From a virus (lineage: Duplodnaviria > Caudoviricetes), in IMG/VR virus record IMGVR_UViG_3300042894_007079, positions 785 to 64,784 of that record: a DNA stretch of 64,000 nt; one strand, written 5' to 3'. The position numbers and the translations under genes were made by a program. This document shows positions 44,697 through 53,002 of this stretch, in pieces; the first letter of the stretch is position 1; each line of letters opens with the position of its first letter. The notes beneath the pieces were generated by a model that ran no database searches, was not told the DNA's origin, and saw nothing but the letters and a program-made list of their open reading frames with translations.

Positions 44697-46028
44697 ATGG
44701 CAAAATTAGTAACTATTAATGGTTTAAATGACAATGAGCTTTTATCAGGTATTTTATCTGATGAAATTATTGTATATGAAGACATACAAGGAAGTAAAAT
44801 ATGGGTTAATTGGAACGGCAAAGAGTTCACTATTAAACCAAAGTCACTTTCTAATGAACCAATCAATTTAATTGATTTGGCAATGCAGAATTATTACAAT
44901 CCTGTAATAAATTATTTTAATTCTTTAGATGAAAGAGTAAAAGGACTACTTAATAAAAAATGGTCTTTTTGTTTTGAGTATTTCCCTGATAACCAACCAG
45001 CTAATATTGAATATGATAAAGTTCCAAAAAATCAACTTGTACTTACTTTTATCAATAAATCTGGTAAGTATGAATTTAATATTGATGAGTTAGATGAATA
45101 TGCTAGACTTTTAGATGTTGAGATGTTGCCTATAATATATCAGGGTAAATTGACTGAAACTATGAAAGAGGCTATAAAATACTTTATCAATACTTCGGAA
45201 AAAGATTTAGAGTATATTTTTGGTGAAAAATCATTTGCTTATTTCTTTTATAAAATTTTAAATCCAAGCATTAAAAATTCATTTTTGATGAACGGTGAAG
45301 AGTTTCAACATAATGTTGAAAAGTTAATCATAAGAACTTCTACTGATGATATGAGTTTTGAGTTATTAAATCCACTTTATTCAAGAATGAGTCAAGATAA
45401 CGATACTGATTTTGTTGAGATATACACATTAATATTGGTCAATTTTCTTAACTTCTGTCAATCTGTAAATATTAAACAGGTAAAACTAAAAGGTGAAAAA
45501 AAAGACGAGTGTTACATTTATTTAATTTGTAAACTTTATAATATTTATGTTGGTGAAGTAAAAGAAGATTTGTTAAATTTTGATTTTATTGTACCAGAAT
45601 TTTTTGATAAAGAAAAATTTAAAATTAATACTGAGTTGATTAGTAATAAATTAACAAAAGATTACATTGAAGACGATCCAAAATTAGAATATATTTTCAA
45701 AGTAATTTTAGGTTCTTTTAATAAAAAGAAAAAAAAACCTATTGGAATTTTTACTGAAAATACAGTAAAGTTATTTAATAAGTTTGTTGAAGAAATTGAC
45801 ATTCATATTAGTCAATATTTAAACAAAATGCATGAGATTGAATTAGGAAGAGCTGGTCTATTAGACTTTGGTGACTTCTTTGAAATACAATATGATACCG
45901 ATTCTGAGGGTAATGTTTATCCTGATGTCTATGATGAGATACAAAAAGGTTCTTCTGATAAAAAGAAAAAAGGTAAAGGTGGTAAAATGCCAATAACTCC
46001 AGAGGAAACTACTAAAAAAATTAGTTAA
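44697..46028 (+). CDS. RNA-ligase-fold-like protein, probably degenerate
   Basis: YEDIQGS (motif I-like, lacks Lys), FCFEYF, LPIIYQG. Confidence 0.45.
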   Translation: MAKLVTINGLNDNELLSGILSDEIIVYEDIQGSKIWVNWNGKEFTIKPKSLSNEPINLIDLAMQNYYNPVINYFNSLDERVKGLLNKKWSFCFEYFPDNQPANIEYDKVPKNQLVLTFINKSGKYEFNIDELDEYARLLDVEMLPIIYQGKLTETMKEAIKYFINTSEKDLEYIFGEKSFAYFFYKILNPSIKNSFLMNGEEFQHNVEKLIIRTSTDDMSFELLNPLYSRMSQDNDTDFVEIYTLILVNFLNFCQSVNIKQVKLKGEKKDECYIYLICKLYNIYVGEVKEDLLNFDFIVPEFFDKEKFKINTELISNKLTKDYIEDDPKLEYIFKVILGSFNKKKKKPIGIFTENTVKLFNKFVEEIDIHISQYLNKMHEIELGRAGLLDFGDFFEIQYDTDSEGNVYPDVYDEIQKGSSDKKKKGKGGKMPITPEETTKKIS

Positions 46029-46073
46029 AAAACACTTTTTTAATTTAATATATACTAAAAAATAAACAAAGGT

Positions 46074-46658
46074 ATGAAATATATCAAAACTTATGAAAAT
46101 TTTAATTATCAACCTGTAAACGAAGAACTATTTGGTTTGTGGGAAAAAATTAAAGGTATGTATTCCAAAGCTAAAGAAGTCGTAGACAAAATTGTTCAAA
46201 GTATGAGTCCTGAGCAACTACAAGATGCTGCAAATTATCTTTCTGATAAAGGATTAACTCCTGAGTTGGCAAAACAAGCCGCTGAGAAGTTGGGTGTTGA
46301 AAAAAATGAACCATCACCAGAAGTCGCTGAAGACATAGCTGAGATTGTTGAGGTTGAAACTTCAGAAAATTCTAAATATTTAAAAGAAGGTGTTGAAGAA
46401 ACTGTAAAATTTAGATTGATTAAATGGTTGGGTATGCCAGCTCTTACTACATTTTTTGCTTGGCTATACTCAATAGTAGGTAGAGCAGCGGCAGTTGGTT
46501 GGGCATCAGAGCCGAAATGGATTACAGATCTTCACGATGCACTTGGTGGATTTGGTGGTCCGCTATCGTTTATTTTAGTAGCAATTACTTTCATATTGTT
46601 TATTATTACAGTTATGAAAATGACAACTAAAGGGCCTGTTTTCACAAAAAAATTCTAA
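46074..46658 (+). CDS. CTS-leader protein with two C-terminal TM helices
   Basis: MKYIKTYENF..VNEE; late promoter at 46046-46054. Confidence 0.6.
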   Translation: MKYIKTYENFNYQPVNEELFGLWEKIKGMYSKAKEVVDKIVQSMSPEQLQDAANYLSDKGLTPELAKQAAEKLGVEKNEPSPEVAEDIAEIVEVETSENSKYLKEGVEETVKFRLIKWLGMPALTTFFAWLYSIVGRAAAVGWASEPKWITDLHDALGGFGGPLSFILVAITFILFIITVMKMTTKGPVFTKKF

Positions 46659-46673
46659 TATAATTTAATTAAC

Positions 46674-46707
46674 AAAAAAAAGTGATACGAAAGTATCACT
46701 TTTTTTG
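46674..46707. terminator. Bidirectional terminator
   Basis: A-run, GTGATAC-GAAA-GTATCAC hairpin, T-run. Confidence 0.85.
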
Positions 46708-47013
46708 TTTAAGATGATTTCTAATAGTAGAGATTAAAAAATCAAAAGATTTATTTTCTTGTTTATATTTTTCTTTTTCGATTAATTTTTTACTAAAAAA
46801 TAACCAGAAAATAAAATGACATACCAATCCTATAAATACATTGAATCCAAAAATATAGAATGAAAAAAGTGTGCTAAATAAAGATAATGAAAAATATCCT
46901 GCCTCATTATTTATTAATTTGAGTGCTGTCAAAATAAATATTTTTTTTCTATTTGAAAAATTAGACTTTTTTTCAAATCCTTCAATTTCTTTAAGTAGTT
47001 GTGTCTTATCCAT
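46696..47013 (-). CDS. Small membrane protein
   Basis: Central TM hairpin; TATATTTG element at 47031-47038. Confidence 0.5.
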   Translation of the reverse strand: MDKTQLLKEIEGFEKKSNFSNRKKIFILTALKLINNEAGYFSLSLFSTLFSFYIFGFNVFIGLVCHFIFWLFFSKKLIEKEKYKQENKSFDFLISTIRNHLKQKK

Positions 47014-47090
47014 TTTATTTATATATTTTACAAATATAACACAAAAATCTTAATTACAAAAACAAAATCTTAATTTTTTATAAAAATTGT

Positions 47091-47306
47091 ATGAGACAAA
47101 TTAATATTGAAATTCAATCGACCGAAGTTAAGTCTGTGATGAAGCCTATCAAAACAAGATGGTCTTATGAGATAATAACTGATTTAAATGATAAAAACGG
47201 TTTCTATGGAATTGATAATGAAACCGCTAAAGAATTAGCAATTGCGATTAGAAGAGAGATGCGCCTTAAATCAATCAAAAATATATTTTCTGAACAAAAA
47301 CCATAA
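47091..47306 (+). CDS. Hypothetical protein
   Basis: Short ORF; RREMRLKSI near the C-terminus. Confidence 0.45.
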   Translation: MRQINIEIQSTEVKSVMKPIKTRWSYEIITDLNDKNGFYGIDNETAKELAIAIRREMRLKSIKNIFSEQKP

Positions 47307-47329
47307 GATAGATTTCATATATAATCTAT

Positions 47330-48559
47330 ATGCAAATCAATAACAATCTTCAATCATATTATCAATCAAACATAAAACAAAAACTTACCAAAAAAAATAA
47401 ATCTTTACAATTTTTACCAAGTTGTTTAGAAGATATTTCTACTAAAAAGACAATCATTTATAAGTCTCAAAAGATTAAACCCGCATACTTAATAGATATA
47501 GTTCATAATCTACTATTAAAATATTATTTTAAAAAAGATAATAAATTCGCATTAAATGCCACTGTATTAAAGGATAGATATGGTCATCTTTATAAACTAT
47601 ATGTAGATTATCTAATTGAAAACAATGTTATACATATGATTTATAACTATAGAGCTGGAAAAAACTCTAGAATTTACGCACTTAATTCTTCTATATTTAA
47701 ACAAAAAATTAACAGAACAAGTAACTTTGATAAAACTTTACTTAAAAAGTATAAGAAAAAAATATTTGATACTTTAGACTTTGTTGATGAAAATGTTTCT
47801 ACAATCGGTCCCGAGATTAGAGAAAAACTAATATCAGATCTTTTTTCAGTTGATATTGATTTTGAAAGAAGTTTATTTTATTTAAATATGTTAAAGAAGT
47901 CTGATGTCGACATTTATAATAGAAATATCTACTCAGTTGAATCAATTAACGATAAACATATCTTTTATCATTTTGATGACTATGGTCGCTTACATACAAA
48001 TTTTACCATTTTAAAATCTTTCATAAGAAAAAACTGTTTAACTATTGATGGTGAAGAGACTTGTGAAATTGATATCAAAAATAGTCAACCACTTTTTCTT
48101 TGTAAATTAATTCAAGATACACAAACTGCTTGGGTCAATAAAGATGAGTTTAGATTTTTTAAACAGTTAGTTGTAAGTGGTAATTTTTATCAATATTTGA
48201 TGCAGGTTACCGGTGAAAAAGATAGAAAAGTAATAAAAGAAATGACATATAAAGTATTATTTGGACATAATAGATCAAACTCTAAAGTTGATATCATTTT
48301 TTGTTCCAATTTTCCAACGATACACAATTTTATAAAGTTATATAAAAAAGAGTTTGGAAGTCACAAAGTTTTGGCGCATGATTTACAGAGAGCTGAATCT
48401 AATTTGATTTACAATAAAATTATTAAAAAGATAATGTTGATTTTTCCAGATATAAAGATTGTGACTGTCCATGATAGTCTTATTTTTTCAAAAAAATGGA
48501 AAAATGAAATAGAACAAATTTTCAATAATGAGCTTGATTTAGAGTTGAATTTAAAGTAG
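47330..48559 (+). CDS. Compact family-A-like polymerase-fold protein
   Basis: GRLHT, motif A EIDIKNSQP, motif B R..IKEMTYKVLFG, LQRAES, motif C TVHDS. Confidence 0.65.
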   Translation: MQINNNLQSYYQSNIKQKLTKKNKSLQFLPSCLEDISTKKTIIYKSQKIKPAYLIDIVHNLLLKYYFKKDNKFALNATVLKDRYGHLYKLYVDYLIENNVIHMIYNYRAGKNSRIYALNSSIFKQKINRTSNFDKTLLKKYKKKIFDTLDFVDENVSTIGPEIREKLISDLFSVDIDFERSLFYLNMLKKSDVDIYNRNIYSVESINDKHIFYHFDDYGRLHTNFTILKSFIRKNCLTIDGEETCEIDIKNSQPLFLCKLIQDTQTAWVNKDEFRFFKQLVVSGNFYQYLMQVTGEKDRKVIKEMTYKVLFGHNRSNSKVDIIFCSNFPTIHNFIKLYKKEFGSHKVLAHDLQRAESNLIYNKIIKKIMLIFPDIKIVTVHDSLIFSKKWKNEIEQIFNNELDLELNLK

Positions 48560-48582
48560 TTCATAATATTAATATATACTTT

Positions 48583-49122
48583 GTGTTAAATTTAAGTAGT
48601 CCAGAATTGTCTTTTATTTTATTATCCGCTTCTAGTTTAGAGGATATGATGTCTATATTATGGGCAAAAAACTATCAGATACTACCAATACAGGGTTATT
48701 ACCAAGAAAAATATGAAAACGCAGCATTAGCTTTTTCGGCAATTGATAATGATGAATTAAGAAAAGATTTGATTTTTTTACTTAATCATTTTCATCAAGA
48801 TTGTGGTATAATCAAATATAAAGGAGAATCTGGATCAAAGAAAGTTTTTAAAGATGGTTCAGAAAAGCCTTTAGGTATAGTTCTTTATAATACAGATGCT
48901 GATAATATATCATATCTATATAATGGTACTTCTTTTTCTTTTGTTGAACAAGTTAGATATTGGAAGCCAACTTGTAAAGAGGATTTAAAAGCCGGTATGA
49001 TTGTGGAATATTTTAGTAATAAAAATTGGACAAAAAAAGAAATTAAAAACTTAGACATCGAATTTGAAGATATGTATAAGTTATTAATTAAGTATGATAA
49101 GATTAGAGTGGTATCTATCTAA
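48583..49122 (+). CDS. Hypothetical protein
   Basis: GTG start 5 nt after TAATATATA (48570-48578). Confidence 0.55.
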   Translation: MLNLSSPELSFILLSASSLEDMMSILWAKNYQILPIQGYYQEKYENAALAFSAIDNDELRKDLIFLLNHFHQDCGIIKYKGESGSKKVFKDGSEKPLGIVLYNTDADNISYLYNGTSFSFVEQVRYWKPTCKEDLKAGMIVEYFSNKNWTKKEIKNLDIEFEDMYKLLIKYDKIRVVSI

Positions 49123-49125
49123 ACT

Positions 49126-49746
49126 TTATATTTTTCTAAAAATAAAAATATCGTCTATTTCAATTTTTTCTAAACCTTCAACTTTTTCTAAAACAGACTT
49201 TAGACCAAGACCACTTTCGCGGTTTTCTATAATTAGTGAACCTGGTTTAATTTCATTTTTAAGTTTAGTATAATAATTGAATAAATCATTTTCTTCAATA
49301 TATGGTGAATAAGAATATACTATATCGTAATTAGAAAAGTCACTTGTGGCAATGTCCGCTTCTATTAGATTTAATTCGCCATTCCAAAATTCAATTAGAT
49401 TTTCTTTTAAATATTCAATATATTTAGTTTGTTTTTCTATACCATAAAAGGTGAATTTTATACCATTAATATCTTTTGATTGTAAATATAAATCAAAAAG
49501 AGCCGAGCCTAATCCAATACCCGCGTCACAAATTTTAGTTTCTGATTTTAATAGATTTTTTTCGTTTAATCTTTGTAGTAAAAAAATGTTTTGTTCTAAA
49601 TTGCTCATTATATAATGCCACTCATTTGATGAAAGTTGATTCATTTTAACAGTCAGTTCCGTCATATTATCAAATGCTGTCCAAAGAGCATTTGAAGTTT
49701 TGACATATCTGACTAACAGTGGATGTGGTTCGATTGTTTCTGTCAT
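49126..49746 (-). CDS. Class I SAM-dependent methyltransferase
   Basis: ICDAGIGLG, YGIE, EADI, YDIVYSYSPY. Confidence 0.75.
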   Translation of the reverse strand: MTETIEPHPLLVRYVKTSNALWTAFDNMTELTVKMNQLSSNEWHYIMSNLEQNIFLLQRLNEKNLLKSETKICDAGIGLGSALFDLYLQSKDINGIKFTFYGIEKQTKYIEYLKENLIEFWNGELNLIEADIATSDFSNYDIVYSYSPYIEENDLFNYYTKLKNEIKPGSLIIENRESGLGLKSVLEKVEGLEKIEIDDIFIFRKI

Positions 49747-49751
49747 TTTTT

Positions 49752-50498
49752 TTAAATTATTTTAAACCAACAATATTGTTTATTCCAGTTTGGTGTTTGA
49801 TTAAAGAAGTAATTTCCGGTTGTTGAATTATCTATAAATATTAATCCTGGTTGATCTATATTATTAGCTCTACAAACAATTATTTTATCATCATCTACTA
49901 AGTCACTATAGTGAGCTATTAATCCGTTGATATTATTTGAACCAAATTGATTGATTGCATTGTTGATATATGGTATTAATTTTTTACCGTAAAGTATAGA
50001 TTTTGCAGGTCCTATTCTGCCATCCATCGCAATTATATTAGAACACATTAGTATCTTTGAGATTATCTTTCTATAATCTGTTTCGTATTCATCTATCAAT
50101 TTATAGTCTAAGCTTTGATTTCTATGTTGAAGACTTTTCGGGCTTTGTGTATTTTGATTTAAAAAGTCAACTAATTGAATCCAAACTTTTTCATAACTCT
50201 CAAATCTCTGAGCAGTCATATTAATTTGCATTATTTTTGGACTTATAACACCCATTTGAGATGTTGAGTTATATTGTTGAGAAACATCAGTAACTTGATT
50301 TTCTCTAAATATGTTTAACTCTTCAACTTTGTCATCTAATATAGCATCAACAACTAGTTCTCGATTTTGTTGCTTCACTTTTCTCTGATATTCTTCATCG
50401 TCCGATGATATCATATCAACATACATTAATTGAGCCTTTGGTAAGCTCATTTGTTTATCTGAGTAATTACAGATATTTTTTAAATCAGAAGGTGTCAT
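49752..50498 (-). CDS. Truncated major-capsid-protein paralog
   Basis: RKIISKILMCSNIIAMDGRIGPA and RANNIDQPGLIFI align with MCP RKLITKIAHASNYIATEGRVGPA and RKNNPDQPGIIFV. Confidence 0.7.
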   Translation of the reverse strand: MTPSDLKNICNYSDKQMSLPKAQLMYVDMISSDDEEYQRKVKQQNRELVVDAILDDKVEELNIFRENQVTDVSQQYNSTSQMGVISPKIMQINMTAQRFESYEKVWIQLVDFLNQNTQSPKSLQHRNQSLDYKLIDEYETDYRKIISKILMCSNIIAMDGRIGPAKSILYGKKLIPYINNAINQFGSNNINGLIAHYSDLVDDDKIIVCRANNIDQPGLIFIDNSTTGNYFFNQTPNWNKQYCWFKII

Positions 50499-51246
50499 AT
50501 TTGTTCTTCAAACCGATTTTTGGAGAGCTCATTGCAATAGACCTTTGAATTTCTTCTCTGGATAGTTGACTTGATTTTTGTAATATTTGTAAAGTTTTTT
50601 GATATTGTTTTTGGTCTAAAGTCTCTCTACTATGGTATAAATGATAGCATTTAGCTTTCAATTCGGACCATTTCAAAAAGTGTTGTACTTTTATAGTTTG
50701 GAAATCATCTTCTCCACCCCAGCCTACAAAATCCTCGGACCAACCACCAATTTTTAAGGCAGATTCTTTTCTGAAAATAGCTATACCACCAGAAATGTTT
50801 ATTTTTTGGTTATCGGTTTCGCCTCTACCAGGTCGTTCTATTTTAATTACTTGTTCTAAAGGAAGTCCGCTTTCTTGTGGTGTTAAGTCTAAAACTGAAG
50901 AGTATGGGCTGACCATTTCAAATTCTGACATGGCTTTAAGACCGTTGATAAAATCTTCAGGATTCATAATTAAATCAGAATCTCCAAATACTACAATTTG
51001 TGATTTAGCATACTTGAGACCTACATTAAAGGCCCAAGAACGATTGTACGGCATATTTGATTTTACAAAAATATGTTCGCATCGTAAATTAAGATGTGAT
51101 ATCTTAGTGTGTTTATCTTGTTCAACTAAAATTATTTGAACGTTTGTGAAGCCGTTTACCCAGTCTAATGTTCTTCTTAGATTGTTAAGTCTATCTGCTC
51201 GGTGTCTATAACCTATAATATAGGTAAAAGATGGTTGATAAGTCAT
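50485..51246 (-). CDS. Glycosyltransferase (GT2/GT7 galactosyltransferase-like)
   Basis: YNRSWAFNVG, FGDSD, GGWSEDFVGWGGEDD. Confidence 0.85.
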   Translation of the reverse strand: MTYQPSFTYIIGYRHRADRLNNLRRTLDWVNGFTNVQIILVEQDKHTKISHLNLRCEHIFVKSNMPYNRSWAFNVGLKYAKSQIVVFGDSDLIMNPEDFINGLKAMSEFEMVSPYSSVLDLTPQESGLPLEQVIKIERPGRGETDNQKINISGGIAIFRKESALKIGGWSEDFVGWGGEDDFQTIKVQHFLKWSELKAKCYHLYHSRETLDQKQYQKTLQILQKSSQLSREEIQRSIAMSSPKIGLKNKYDTF

Positions 51247-51297
51247 TTAAAAATAATTATTTTTATTTTATATCTTTAAATGAGTGTTTTGTTTATA

Positions 51298-52326
51298 TTA
51301 GAAATTTTTAAACTTCTTGATTTTACCAAATTGATAGCTTTCGTACTTTTCAGAGTATTTTCTTTTTAATTCAGCTAATTCTGCTGCTGCCTCATCATCT
51401 GATATTTCATCTGTAATTTCGGGTAAACTTAAATCAACATTGGGTCCATCATTACTTGGTGGTGTTGGTGGAAGTAGTTTTGATTGTTTATATCTTTCCA
51501 TTTCTTCACCATAAGCTCTTTTGAAATCTTCAATTTCGCTTTTAATATAGTCGCTAATTATTTTTACAAGTTTTTGAAATAGGCTTGGTATTTTTTTAAC
51601 CATTTCTAAAAGTTTAGTAAAAGGCCAAGCACAAACTAATAAAATAGCTGATGCGATTTGTCCTGCTTTTTTAAGACCAGTGCTAAGTGCATTATAAACA
51701 ATTTCTCCAAGTCTTTTAAAAGCTTCAATTGTTGAATTCTTTGCTTTTTCAGCATATTCTTTAATTTTTGCCCAACTTTCAGATAACCACTCTGATAATC
51801 TACCACCAAGTGCTAAAAGTTTATCTTTTGTAGTTTTAACTAAACTTTTTACATTTTCTACAAGTTTATGCCACATATCTACGCACCATTCTGAAAACTG
51901 TGCGATTTTTCCAGAAAACTTTTGCCAAGCTGATTTGATACCTTCAATGGCTGAGTAGTAAGCATTTGTAACATACTCTACAAATTTTTTGAAATTGGTT
52001 GTACACCAATTGACTGCTGTTTTGAAACCTTCTTTTACACCATTTGCTATTTTCATAGCTAAATCTTTAATCCAGTTCCACGCCTGTGTAGCGTATTTTT
52101 TTCCTGTATTGTACCAACTTTTTGCTCTGTCTGGTAAGCTCTTAAAAAAATTTGTTGCTTTACCAAAAGCAGTACCCAACCAAGATCCAAGTCCTTCGTT
52201 AAGACCATCTTCAAAACCTTTGATTAAAGCTTGTCTTTCTACAGATGATATTGATTCGTTTACTGAATAAACTTTTTCAAATATCAAGTCTATTTCTTTT
52301 TCAAATTTTCTAACTTCGAATTGCAT
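51298..52326 (-). CDS. Amphipathic helical Trp-periodic protein (virion/ejection-like)
   Basis: LNEGLGSWLG, periodic W/F helices, late promoter at 52347-52355. Confidence 0.5.
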   Translation of the reverse strand: MQFEVRKFEKEIDLIFEKVYSVNESISSVERQALIKGFEDGLNEGLGSWLGTAFGKATNFFKSLPDRAKSWYNTGKKYATQAWNWIKDLAMKIANGVKEGFKTAVNWCTTNFKKFVEYVTNAYYSAIEGIKSAWQKFSGKIAQFSEWCVDMWHKLVENVKSLVKTTKDKLLALGGRLSEWLSESWAKIKEYAEKAKNSTIEAFKRLGEIVYNALSTGLKKAGQIASAILLVCAWPFTKLLEMVKKIPSLFQKLVKIISDYIKSEIEDFKRAYGEEMERYKQSKLLPPTPPSNDGPNVDLSLPEITDEISDDEAAAELAELKRKYSEKYESYQFGKIKKFKNF

Positions 52327-52402
52327 GTTTATAGTGTAATTTTTCTTATATATTAAATTTGATAATTAAATATTTTACATCTTTTTGTATCAAAATTTAT
52401 TT

Positions 52403-53002
52403 TTATATAAAATAAATTTTCCACTTTTCATCTAAGATATTAAAATCAAATTCATATTTAAACATATCGAATTCATCATTCCAATAGTTATTGATACTGT
52501 GATTCCATAAAAGACATTTTTCCAATGGGTTAACACCTCCATATTTTCTTTTAAACCAACTATATGGATTATTTGGTATATTACATAATATATTATTAAA
52601 TGTTGACTTTTTTAGTGGATATATTTCATCTTCTGTTAATTCTGATGATATTCCATATTCTATTTCATTATTTCTTTTAAGGAAGAAGATATCTATTGAT
52701 TCGTCTTCTATACTTGCTCTATATAATTTATCATCTACTGGTGATTCTGTTATCTTTATATTCATATTGATATTCAAAACTGTTTCTAGATATTCCTGTG
52801 GAATGCATATATCTATATCATCATCCCATGGTATAAATCCCTTATGTCTAAGACATCCTATCAATGTGCCGTATCCTAACCAGTGGTCTATTTTATTTTT
52901 ATCCAATTCATCTATTAACTCATTAAGTAATTTTAATAGTTTTTTTTGTTTTTTTACAAATTTTGCATTTATTATTTTTTCCAAAATCTCGTTAGGATTC
53001 AT
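52403..53002 (-). CDS. licD: LicD-family phosphotransferase
   Basis: GTLIGCLRHKGFIPWDDDIDI, IDIF, IYPLK, IPNNP. Confidence 0.88.
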   Translation of the reverse strand: MNPNEILEKIINAKFVKKQKKLLKLLNELIDELDKNKIDHWLGYGTLIGCLRHKGFIPWDDDIDICIPQEYLETVLNINMNIKITESPVDDKLYRASIEDESIDIFFLKRNNEIEYGISSELTEDEIYPLKKSTFNNILCNIPNNPYSWFKRKYGGVNPLEKCLLWNHSINNYWNDEFDMFKYEFDFNILDEKWKIYFI

